NCBI GenBank assembly: GCA_002269645.1
Contig: NIVC01001408.1
Location: 113,448-177,447, forward strand
Reading direction: 5' to 3'
DNA: 64,000 bases
Origin: Macrostomum lignano
Lineage: Eukaryota
The first letter of the stretch is position 1. The number at the start of each line of letters is the position of its first letter. Made by a program: the position numbers and the translations under genes. The notes under the pieces were generated by a model that was given only the letters and a program-made list of their open reading frames with translations, searched no databases and was not told the origin of the DNA. Positions 28,301-40,300 of the stretch are shown one piece after another.

Positions 28301-31300
28301 TGGCCTCAAATCAGTCATTGAGAATGGCCTCAAATCAGTCATTTAGAATAGCCTCAAATCAGTCATTGAGAATGGCCTCAAATCAGTCATTGAGAATGGC
28401 CTCAAATCAGTCATTGAGAATGGCCTCAAATCAGTCATTGAGAATGGCCTCAAATCAGTCATTGAGAATGGCCTCAAATCAGTCATTGAGAAGGGCCTCA
28501 AATCAGTCATTGAGAATGGCCTCAAACCAGTCATTGAAAATTGCCTTAAATTAGCCATTAAGAATGACCTCAAATCAGTCATTGAGAGTGGCCTCAAACC
28601 AGTCATTGAGAATGGCCTCAAATCAGTCATTGAGAATGGCCTCAAATCAGTCATGGAGAATGGCCTCAAATTAACCTTGAGAATGGCCTCAAATCAGTCA
28701 TTGAGAATGGCCTCAAACCAGTCATTGAGAATGGCCTCAAATCAGTCATTGAAAATGGCCTCAAATCAGTCATTGAGAATGGCCTCAAATCAGTCATTGA
28801 GAATGGCCTCAAATCAGTCATGGAGAATGGCCTCAAATTAACCTTGAGAATGGCCTCAAATCAGTCATTGAGAATGGCCTCAAACCAGTCATTGAGAATG
28901 GCCTCAAATCAGTCATTGAGAATGGCCTCAAATCAGTCATTGAGAATGGCCTCAAATCAGTCATTGAGAATGGCCTCAAATCAGTCATTGAGAATGGCCT
29001 CAAATCAGTCATTGAGAATGGCCTCAAATCAGTCATGGAGAATGGCCTCAAATTAACCTTGAGAATGGCCTCAAATCAGTCATTGAGAATGGCCTCAAAT
29101 CAGTCATTGAGAATGGCCTCAAATCAGTCATGGAGAATGGCCTCAAATTAACCTTGAGAATGGCCTCAAATCAGTCATTGAGAATGGCCTCAAACCAGTC
29201 ATTGAGAATGGCCTCAAATCAGTCATTGAGAATGGCCTCAAATCAGTCATTTAGAATAGCCTCAAATCAGTCATTGAGAATGGCCTCAAATTAGCCTTGA
29301 GAATGGCCTCAAATTAGCCTTGAGAATGGCCTCAAATTAGCCTTGAGAATGGCCTCAAATTAGCCTTGAGAATGGCCTCAAATTAGCCTTGAGAATGGCC
29401 TCAAATTAGCCATTGAGAATGGCCTCAAATTAGCCATTGAGAATGACCTCAAATTAGCCATTGAGAATGACCTCAAATAGCCCATATTGCTGTTTAACAC
29501 TACTGCTTCATTCTGAGCGAGTAGCGCACTGCAATGAGCATTCCTAACAAACAATTTCAGAGGAAAACATTCATTACCACATGTCCTCATATTCCGAGAC
29601 TGTTGGTCTTGGCTACCTCAGAAATGAGGCTATTGAGTTTGTCAAGTATCCTTTATAAGATTCCAGTCTATTTTAATTGAACCAAAAGGTTTATAAACGC
29701 AGTTTATCTTTCGGCTTCAGTATTGGTGTTGTTGCTATGTAGCTCCTATTTAATAATAGTTCCTCATTTCCTCGACTTGCATATGTGGTATTTACGTACG
29801 AATTGCAATTAGCATGAATGCATATAATATAGAAAATATTTGGTTTGAAGTTTGCTATTATTGCTTCTATAAAATTGTTAAGCATGAATTTCTTAATAAG
29901 TCTTAATTGAAAGGCAAAGTAGGTCAGGCTATAAAATATTGGTGAATTTTTTTTTACTTTGCACGAGTGTTTTGTTTTAATGTTTTGCCTTGTCACCTTT
30001 GTTGAATATTTTTCCTATTCTCAGCTGTGTTGTGAATCTAGAATTTAGAAATCTTTATTTGAATATATATTTGAGTTGCACCACTGTTCAGACCCCCCTG
30101 TCTCCACTATGCTAATGGGCTTTTCCGCCCCTGTCTCCACTATGCTAATGGGCTTTTCCGCCCCTGTCTCCACTATGCTAATGGGGTTTTCCGCCCCTGT
30201 CTCCACTATGCTAATGGGCTTTTCTGCCCCTGTCTCCACTATGCTAATGCGGTTTTCCGCCCCTGTCTCCACTATGCTAATGGGGTTTTCCGCCCCTGTC
30301 TCCACTATGCTAATGGGGTTTTCCGCCCCTGTCTCCACTATGCTAATGCGGTTTTCCGCCCCTGTCTCCATTATGCTAATAAGGGTTATCCGGCCCCCTA
30401 TCACCACTATTTCATTTGGGTTTTCCGCCCCTGTCTCTCCACTATGTTAATGGGGTTATCCGCCCCCCTATCACCACTATTTCATTTGGGTTTTCCGCCC
30501 CTGTCTCCACTATGTTAATGGGGTTATCCGGCCCCTATCACCACTATTTAATTTGGGTTTTCCGCCCCTGTCTCCACTATGTTAATGGGGTTATCCGCCC
30601 CCTATCACCACTATTTCATTTGGGTTTTCCGCCCCTGTCTCTCCACTATGTTAATGGGGTTATCCGGCCCCTATCACCACTATTTAATTTGGGTTTTCCG
30701 CCCCTGTCTCTCCACTATGTTAATGGGGTTATCCGGCCCCTATCACCACTATTCTATCTGGGATTTTCTGCCCCTCAAGCCCGTGAGCCATTATCTTCTT
30801 GTAAATTATATCGGCTTTCCCTTTCGGTATTGGTGCTATTCAAGCATTAATGTTGTCAGTAAAAGCATCGAAACCTGCTTTCCTTTATCCTCATTTATAA
30901 CCTGCACGTTCCTCCAATATAATAATTTATTCTATTTTAGAAGTGAACAAGCACTTTCACATGTCCTCATTCAACGAGGGCGTTGCGCTTGGCTACATCA
31001 AAAAATCTGTAACAGATTTCGTTGCGTATCCTTTTATTTTATAGTGTGCTTGCTTGCTGTGCTAGTATCTACTAGTAGTGTAGTTTGCGTGTTTTGATTA
31101 ACCTTCCTTATTTACTGCATTTAGAATTGTGTTGTAAAATCATTAGTTCAAAAATTCTGCTAATTTAGCTACTGCAAGTAGCAAGCATTGGTTTTTATTT
31201 TCCTTAACCAAACAATCAATGAAACTCTGTAAACTATAATAAAGCTACAACAAGCGCCAGATGAGTCGAATCTATCCCAGAGGCAATCGAGTGGATTCCA

Positions 31301-34300
31301 GCAATTTTATGCCGCAAATTTTCTGGAACGCCGGCTGCCAAATGGTTGCGTTAAATTTTCAAACGCCCGATTTAGCTATGCAGCTGAATCAGGGCAAATT
31401 TGAGTATAACGGCAATTGCGGGTGAGTTTTAACAATGCTGCTTTTGCTATTAGTAGCGGTAGTAGTACTACTAGTAGTAGCAGTAGTTTGTAGTAGTAGT
31501 AGTAGCAGTAGTTTTAGTACTAGTAGTAGCAGTAGTAGTTTTAGTAGTAGTAGTAAAAGAAGTAGTAAATATTAGAAGTAGAAATAGTAGTAGTAAGTAG
31601 TATCAGTAGTAGTAGTTGGTAGCAGTAGTTTGTAGTAGCAGGGGTTATAGCCTACTAGTAAGGGGTTGTAGCCTAGTGGTTAAAGCGTCGGACTCACGAC
31701 TTGAAGGTCGGAGGTTCGATTCTCGATCCCACTGAAACAGTTTCTGTCCTTGAGCAAGACACTTAACTCTACATTGCTTCAGTTCACCCAGCTGTAAAAT
31801 GGGTGCCAGCATTAGCTGGGGTAATTGAGGGTGTGTGTGTGGCGACCCTTGGACTGAACAGCCGTACGCAGCTTTCAGATGCGCCGCGCAATAGCTGCGG
31901 CTGAGCTGTCGCTTGCACATCTGGCCATTAGGGCAGGTGTAATCAATTACTGGGTGATTGGTAAAAATCTGGACATTTTTATTTGTTTTAGCAAGACAAC
32001 AATAAACAAATTGAACACATGTCTTTTAACTTGGATTAAGTTCAATATATAAGGGATTGTCTGGCTCATTGCCAAACGGCTCCGACACCATTAGCCCGAG
32101 CTCGGCGAATCCCGGACTTGACATTGGTCATCATCTCCTGTACACAGTGCAGATCCACCTGGCGGAGGCAGTAGCGAATGCGATTTTCCAGCTGTTCCAG
32201 ACTGTCCGTCGTCCAATTGTGATGGTAAACCTTTTGCTTCAACATCCCCCAGAAGTTCTCAATTGGTCGCAGCTGTGGTACATTGGGAGGATTGAGCTCC
32301 TTGCTGACAAAATTGACACCTTCCTCTTCAAATGTGTCAATGACGTCACGAGCATAGTGACAGCTCGCCAGGTCAGGCCAGAACAGGTAGTTGCCGTCAG
32401 CATGCTGTTCCTTAATAAATGGCAATAGACGCTTGTGAATGCACTCTCTTATGTAGATCTCTTTGTTCATTGAGCTGCCGTGGCAGAAGAAGACCTTGGA
32501 CATGCCCTTCTTGCTGATGGCCAGCCAGACCAAGACTTTGGCCTCAAATTTCTTGCTGGGTGAACACCTAACCTCATCAGGTGCATCACCTCGAGCTGTT
32601 GCATAATAGAACCTGTTACCAGGGATGACATTGGATGACAGAGAGAAGTACGATTCATCGTCCATGACAATGTCCAGTCCGCCGTCATCTCCTGCCAGCA
32701 CAGCACGGTAGAGCCTGTCAATCCTCACACGCTGGCGCTCTTTCTGCTCAAACGACACAAATGGCACTTTTTCTTTCTTGTATGCACTTAGTCCCTGCTT
32801 CTTGAGAATCTCGTTGACGTACGGCTGGCTGATGTCATATTTGCGTGCAATTTCGCGCTGGGACAGACCCGTCCTGGCATCATTTGACATCTTCTCCATC
32901 AAAGTGGCAGTGACCTTGGTAGCTGGTCGTCCTGACCCCTCCTTCCGTAGCACAGAATCTTCTCCAGTTGCTGAGTAGCGATCCAGAATTCCATAAATGG
33001 TTGATCTTGGGACACCAAGCTCAGCAAAATATTTTGCGATTGCATTGTTGCTCAGCCCAGGGTGCTCAATTTTATATTGTACAACCAGTTTACGCCGCTG
33101 CTCTTCATTTAGAGACTGCATCTCAGACGTGACGGGGCAAACAAGTGAAAAAAACAACTTAAGTTGTGAGGAAGACCCCCAGTATTGCTCAAAAGCATCA
33201 GCTCAATAAATTTGCCTCGTTAAATTTTGTCTATGGCAAAAACTAACCATGTCCAGATTTTTACCAATCACCCAGTATCAATTATTCAAAATTATTGTAG
33301 TAGTAGTAGTAGTAGTAGTAGCAGTAGTAGCAGTAGTAGTAGCAGTAGTAGTAGCAGTAGTAGTAGCAGTAGTAGTAGTAGTAGTAGCAGTAGTAGTAGT
33401 AGTAGTAGCAGTAGTAGCAGTAGTAGTAGCAGTAGTAGTAGTAGCAGTAGTAGTAGTAGTAGTAGCAGTAGCAGTAGTAGTAGCAGTAGTAGTAGCAGTA
33501 GCAGTAGTAGTAGCAGTAGTAGTAGTAGAAGCAGTAGTAGTAGTAGAAGCAGTAGTAGTAGTAGAAGCAGTAGTAGTAGCAGTAGCAGTAGTAGTAGTAG
33601 CACACGAATAAAATTTCATCCATCCATCCCGTTCCAACTGTACAATAAAGCTACCTACTCAAGCCGGACTTTATGCGCCGAGCTGACCGTCATTTCGACC
33701 CGTTCTCGGAGAGTCCAGTCGATGGCGTGATCGCCGCCAGCTGCTCGGTCCAGATCCTGTCCGGCCAGTTCTTGTCGGATCGGAAGATCGGCACCTACGT
33801 CGAGGTGGACATGTACGGCCTACCCACCGACACTATCAGGCGAGAATTTCGAACTCGAATAGTGCCCGGCAACGGGCTTAATCCGGTCTACAACGAAGAG
33901 CCATTCGTGTTTCGTAAAATCGTGCTACCGGATTTGGCTGTTATTCGTATCGGAGTTTACGAGGAGACTGGCAAACTGATTGGTCAGAGGATTCTGCCGC
34001 TTGACGGCCTGTGCGCCGGCTACCGCCACATCAGCCTGCGCACTGAGGGCAACTTCCCACTGTCTTTACCCACTATTTTCTGTCGAATCGATTTGAAAAC
34101 CTACGTGCCCGAAGGCTTGGCCGCTTTTGTGGACGCCCTGAGCGATCCCAGAGCCTTCCTGTCCAAGGCCGAGAAGAGAGAGCGACAGATGAAGGATATG
34201 GGCATTGGTGAGGGAATGGCTCTCCTTGAGGATCTCCTCCCTTAACCCTTGAGAATATCCCCCCCCACAAACCATTGAGAATCCCCCCTAAACCCTTGAG

Positions 34301-37300
34301 AATCTCCCCCTAAACCTTTGAGAATCTCCTCCTAAACCCTTGAGAATCTCCTCCTAAACCCTTGAGAATCCTCCCTAAACCCTTGAGAATCTCCCCCTAA
34401 ACCCTTGAGAATCTCCTCCTAAACCCTTGAGAATATCCTCCCCCGCAAACCCTTGAGAATCCCCCCTAAACCCTTGAAAATCTCCTCCTAAACCCTTGAG
34501 AATCCTCCCTAAACCTCTGAGAATCTCCTCCTAAACCCTTGAGAATCTCCTCCTAAACCCTTGAGAATCTCCTCCTAAACCCTTGAGAATATCCCCCACA
34601 AACCATTGAGAATCCCCCCTAAACCCTTGAAAATTTCCTCCTAAACCCTTGAGAATCCTCCCTAAACCTCTGAGAATCTCCTCCTAAACCCTTGAGAATC
34701 TCCTCCTAAACACTTGAGAATCTCCTCCTAAACCCTTGAGAATCCTCCCTAAACCCTTGAGAATCTCCTCCTAAACCCTTGAGAATCCTCCCTAAACCCT
34801 TGAGAATCTCCTCCTAAACCCTTGAGAATCCTCCCTAAACCCTTGAGAATCTCCTCCTAAACCCTTGAGAATCCTCCCTAAACCTCTGAGAATCTCCTCC
34901 TAAACCCTTGAGAATCTCCTCCTAAACCCTTGAGAATCCTCCCTAAACCTCTGAGAATCTCCTCCTAAACCCTTTGAGAATCTCCTCCTAAACCTCTGAG
35001 AATCTCCTCCTAAACCCTTGAGAATCCTCCCTAAACCCTTGAGAATCTCTCCCTAAACCCTTGAGAATCTCCCCCTAAACCCTTGAGAATCTCCTCCTAA
35101 ACCCTTGAGAATCTCCTCCTAAACCCTTGAGAATCTCCTCCTAAACCCTTGAGAATCTCCTCCTAAACCCTTGAAAATATCCTCCCCCGCAAACCCTTGA
35201 GAATCCCCCCTAAACCCTTGAGAATCTCCTCCTAAACCCTTGAGAATATCCCCCCACAAACCATTGAGAATCCCCCCTAAACCCTTGAGAATCTCCTCCT
35301 AAACCCTTGAGAATCTCCTCCTAAACCCTTGAGAATCTCCTCCTAAACCCTTGAGAATCTCCTCCTAAACCCTTGAAAATATCCTCCCCCGCAAACCCTT
35401 GAGAATCCCCCTAAACCCTTGAGAATCTCCTCCTAAACCCTTGAGAATATCCCCCCACAAACCATTGAGAATCCCCCCTAAACCCTTGAGAATCTCCTCC
35501 TAAACCCTTGAGAATCTCCTCCTAAACCGTTGAGAATCTCCTCCTAAACCCTTGAGAATCCTCCCTAAACCCTTGTTAATCTCCTCCTAAACCCTTGAGA
35601 ATCTCCTCCTAAACCCTTGAGAATCTCATAAACCCTTTGCAACAACAAAAAATGACAACAAATGACAACAAACTACAACAACAAACAACCAACAATGCAG
35701 AGACCTCTGAAATAGCCGACGTGCCGACCACTGCCGGCCGAAAGAAGACCAGCAAAGCCCATTCAGGAGGCGGCGGCGGCGGCGGCTCATCAACTGGCGG
35801 CGTCGATAGTAGCGGCGGAGGCGGCGGTGGAGGCGGTTCCACGTCGAACAGGCCGAACTCGATGCCTCCGGGCTCAAGCAGTGGAGTCGGCGGCGGCGGA
35901 GGCGGTGGCAGCGGCGTTGGCGGTGGCGCCAACCGCGAAGACTCCTGGCTGGAGCCCATCACACTAGACGCTATACGTCAGGACAAGCAGTTTCAAAAGC
36001 TGATTAAAAAGCAAACTAAAGAATTAGATCTGGTGCTCAAGCGGCAAGAGAAAGAGCTGCAAGTTATGCTGAAAGCTCACACTGCCGAGAGCGAACGGTT
36101 GGCTAATCAGCACACTAAGGCTCTGGCCAACCTGTCTAAAAAGAGCAGCAAAGGACGATCGTGAGTCTCTTATTTGCTTTTTATAGTACTCATTCTAGTA
36201 GTATTGTTATTCCTAGCTAAATCGCTCGTTTAGTATGAGTCACTCTCACCTGGGCTGTGTTTATCTGGTTTAGTATGACTCACTCTCACCTGGGCTGTGT
36301 TTATCTGGTTTAGTATGAGTCACTCTCACCTGGGCTGTGTTTATCTGGTTTAGTATGAGTCACTCTCACCTGGGCTGTGTTTATCTGGTTTAGTATGAGT
36401 CACTCTCACCTGGGCTGTGTTTATCTAGTTTAGTATGAGTCACTCTCACCTGGGCTGTGTTTATCTGGTTTAGTATGAGTCACTCTCACCTGGGCTGTGT
36501 TTATCTAGTTTAGTATGACTCACTCTCACCTGGGCTGTGTTTATCTAGTTTAGTATGAGTCACTCTCACCTGGGCTGTGTTTATCTAGTTTAGTATGACT
36601 CACTCTCACCTGGGCTGTGTTTATCTAGTTTAGTATGAGTCACTCTCACCTGGGCTGTGTTTATCTAGTTTAGTATGACTCACTCTCACCTGGGCTGTGT
36701 TTATCTAGTTTAGTATGACTCACTCTCACCTGGGCTGTGTTTATCTAGTTTAGTATGACTCACTCTCACCTGGGCTGTGTTTATCTAGTTTAGTATGAGT
36801 CACTCTCACCTGGGCTGTGTTAATCTGGTTTAGTATGAGTCACTCTCACCTGGGCTGTGTTTATCTGGTTTAGTATGAGTCACTCTCACCTGGGCTGTGT
36901 TTATCTAGTTTAGTATGATTGTATTTTTATAGTGCCTCTCTTGACCGGTAAATGTCAAAATAAACTATAGCAGTATTTTAATCATGTGTTGTCATTTGCC
37001 TATTTTATATTATCCAATGGAACACAAGTTTAATTTTAAATCTCAAATAAATTTCTTTTTGTTTCCGAGTGTATGACAACATCAGTATTAATTTTATTAT
37101 TTTCTATATACGTTCGTTTAAAACACCTGAGACTGCATGCTTTTAATGAGGCAGATTTTATGTATGTGTGTGCATTATTAGTCGTTGTTAAGTTTTGCAT
37201 CATTTTGGTTTCCTGTAGGTATTTATTTTTTTATTTTCCTTATCGATTTACGACATTAACAAACACAATAACTAATAATAATATTCAATATATATATTGT

Positions 37301-40300
37301 AATCATATAATTTTGCAGCAACTCTGTAGCATCGATGTCAGAGGATGCAGTTGGTTGCACCAATTGGTTTGGCTGCATCGCTGCTAGCAATACAACGCGT
37401 AGGCCAAACACAGCTGATGATGCTGCAGCAGAAGCAGAAGCAACACCGTCTGCAACTTTGAGTCCGAATGCTTCTGTTCGGTCCGATCTTGAATAGTTTC
37501 TTTTCATTCATAATTGTTCTCTTATTGCCTGGTTTTCTATTGAAGTTAATAGTCACGCAAATTAGGCCTTATACACTTAGTTGGGGCCATCCATTAGTTA
37601 ATGATGCTACTTTGATCTGGACGTCTGTTTTAGAGTTTTTTCTGTATAAATTTGGGATTTGCAACATTTGGCTGCCACATTGTCTGCTGATCCTAACCCT
37701 AACCTCAACCTTAGCCACAACCCTAGACATAGCCCTAGACATTGCCCTAACCCTAGACATAACCCTAGACATAGCCCTAACCCTAGCCCTAACCCTAGAC
37801 ATAACCCTAGACATTGCCCTAACCCTAGACATAACCCTAGACATAGCCCTAACCCTAGACATAACCCTAGACATAGCCCTAACCCTAGACATAGCCCTAA
37901 CCCTAGACATAGCCCTAACCCTAGACATAACCCTAGACATAGCCCTAACCCTAGACATAGCCCTAACCCTAGACATAACCCTAGCCATGACCATGGGGAT
38001 CCCCTAGATTGCAAATTGTGGTCTATCTGCTGTGTTTCTCAAAATCTGTGAACAAGCCTCATAAGTAGACAGAATATAGCAAAATTGAAGTGAATAATTC
38101 ACCGCCAGTGGCTGCTTAAATTGCTAAATCTAACTGTGCTGATTTTGAATAACTCTCTCTTCTTGTACTTGCTTGCCGCTTGCTTCACTTTAATTGCCTT
38201 CTCATCATTAGTATTCTATTATTAATTTTATAAGTCACCTTATTGAGTCACTTTGGGCAATAAGAACCATAGCTTAGTGGCCACAGTGGAGGGGCAAATT
38301 TCTAGCAATATTAAAACCCTTTTAAACCAGTTATGAGAGAGATTGACATTTACAATGAAACAAAGCCAATAAATATCTCTGATTGCAATTATTCCTACCA
38401 TTCTTTATTCTTGAAATACTGTCCTGAATCTGTCGATAATTTTACATAATTTAACTAGGCTAAAAATTTGCTTGCTCAATGTGTGAATCTTTTAGTCTTT
38501 ATTTTATTAATTTGACAAATTATCCTTACAAGCTCGTAAATAGTTACTATATCGCTTAATTAATATTCACAGTGCACTTAATTGCTTATTATAGTTGTTT
38601 GTTTGTTTGTGTTTCTCTTTTATTTTCTCGTTAACTCTGTATTCTAACGTGCATATTAATAATGCAACTAATAGTGAATATGGGTACTTATTAACCCTTC
38701 TTTATTCCTTCAGGGAAAATGGCAATTCCGATGGACCAGTTAAGGAGATGCGCGATGCACAGAATGAAGAGGTTAGCGACGATTTTTTCACCGTGTTGTT
38801 TTAAAAATTAATGATTTAGCACCCACAAATTGCCACAATAGCGTGCAAAATTTCAGACAAACTCCTCTCAGGTCTCTTCTCAGCTCTCTTCTGAGCTCTG
38901 TCCTCTCCCCTCTTCCTGTCTAATCTCTCCTCTCGTGTCATCTTCTCTCTCTAATCTATTCCCTCTCCTTTCCTCTCTCAACTAGCCCGCAGCAAATTAG
39001 AGTTATTATTATGCATTATCTGGAATATTTTGATTGGAATCTGGTTTAAACATTTAGACGTAGGTCTCAGATAGCTGAATCAGTGAATACATTCCGGTCA
39101 CCCACGCGCAGATGTGCTCACTGGTTGCTCAGCACACCGACCAGTGGACCGCACTCACCCAGCAGCACGCGCGCGAAGCTCACGAACTTCGCCGTACTCA
39201 ACTAGAAGCTCACCGAGAACTGGCTAGCCGTGTCATTCTGGAATTGCAAGCCGCCCAGCGCAAGGACATGACCGCTCAGCACGAGCGCGAGAACAAAGAC
39301 CTGCGTGCTCAACAGACTAAGCATAGCATGGAATCTAGTCGGGCCGTGCTCAACGACAAGACGATACGAAACAAAGCCGAACGAGATCGTCGAGTCCGGG
39401 AAGTGAACGAGAACAATACTAAGAAATTTATTGAGGAACGCAAACGACTGGTTAATCGACAGAGCAACGCACGAGAAGCTTTGGAACGTGAGCATGCTGA
39501 GCAGGTTGGTCGAGTTACTCGAGCGCTGGACGAGGTAAGTTTGAGATTGTCAGTGAAAGTTTTAAAGAAATAATTTATTGCTTGATAATAAATATCCTAC
39601 CCTGATTTTGGTGGCTGTGTTTATCTTTGGCATTATGTTTTGTATGTGTTAATTTTTATTTTTGACGTAGTGTTTACCTGTATGATTATTGTCGCTTTAC
39701 CCATTTATTAATTTAGCTTGCTTTAATTGCTGTGCTTGGTTTATTTATCCAATCAATTTATCTACTATTGTAAACATAAAGTTCCCATGCCATTTACATT
39801 CCTCTGCTCGTCCTACTAAAAATTAATCATATTAACAGTAGGACACTTCTAGATGTTAGCTAGAATTATCGTTTTATTTGGTATATGAAAAATAAACAAG
39901 TAAAAATTGTTGCTTTCAGGAACTTTCTTTTAACGATAGTAAACATACTACAATGGCTTAATAAGGACGATGCCTCTCCAGGGAAGCAATCCTAGAAATA
40001 AAAAATAGGGCTGATAAAAACAAATGGGGCACATATGCACTATTAATGATTCAAATTGAATTAAGATAAATTCTCTGCAAGTTAATAAGCATTTCGCGTC
40101 TTTTCCTTAAAACTGTAGTGCACACTTAAGTGTTTAATTGCTCCACTCCCCTCCCCTCCCTACCCCTTCCCCGCGCTCCTCTCGGATCGTCGTCAATTTT
40201 CTTTCTCCCAGTGTCCCGGGGCAGTGTACAGTCTTGCCTGTGTACGTGCTTAATGTACATTCATTCCCCCTCACCCCCTCCCTGACTAGCGTACATTTGT

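Noticed and set aside
31662-31735. tRNA gene
   Set aside because: A and B boxes are present but a complete cloverleaf is not evident, and it continues directly into a CORE-like domain, so it is called a SINE head.
35609-35962. Antisense Pro-rich ORFs and other overlapping ORFs on PLC and transposase exons
   Set aside because: They are shadows of GC-rich coding sequence on the opposite strand.
36228-36918. CRISPR-like appearance of the 40-bp array (and of the 41-, 31- and 32-bp arrays)
   Set aside because: Units are head-to-tail with no unique spacers, there are no cas genes, and the context is eukaryotic.
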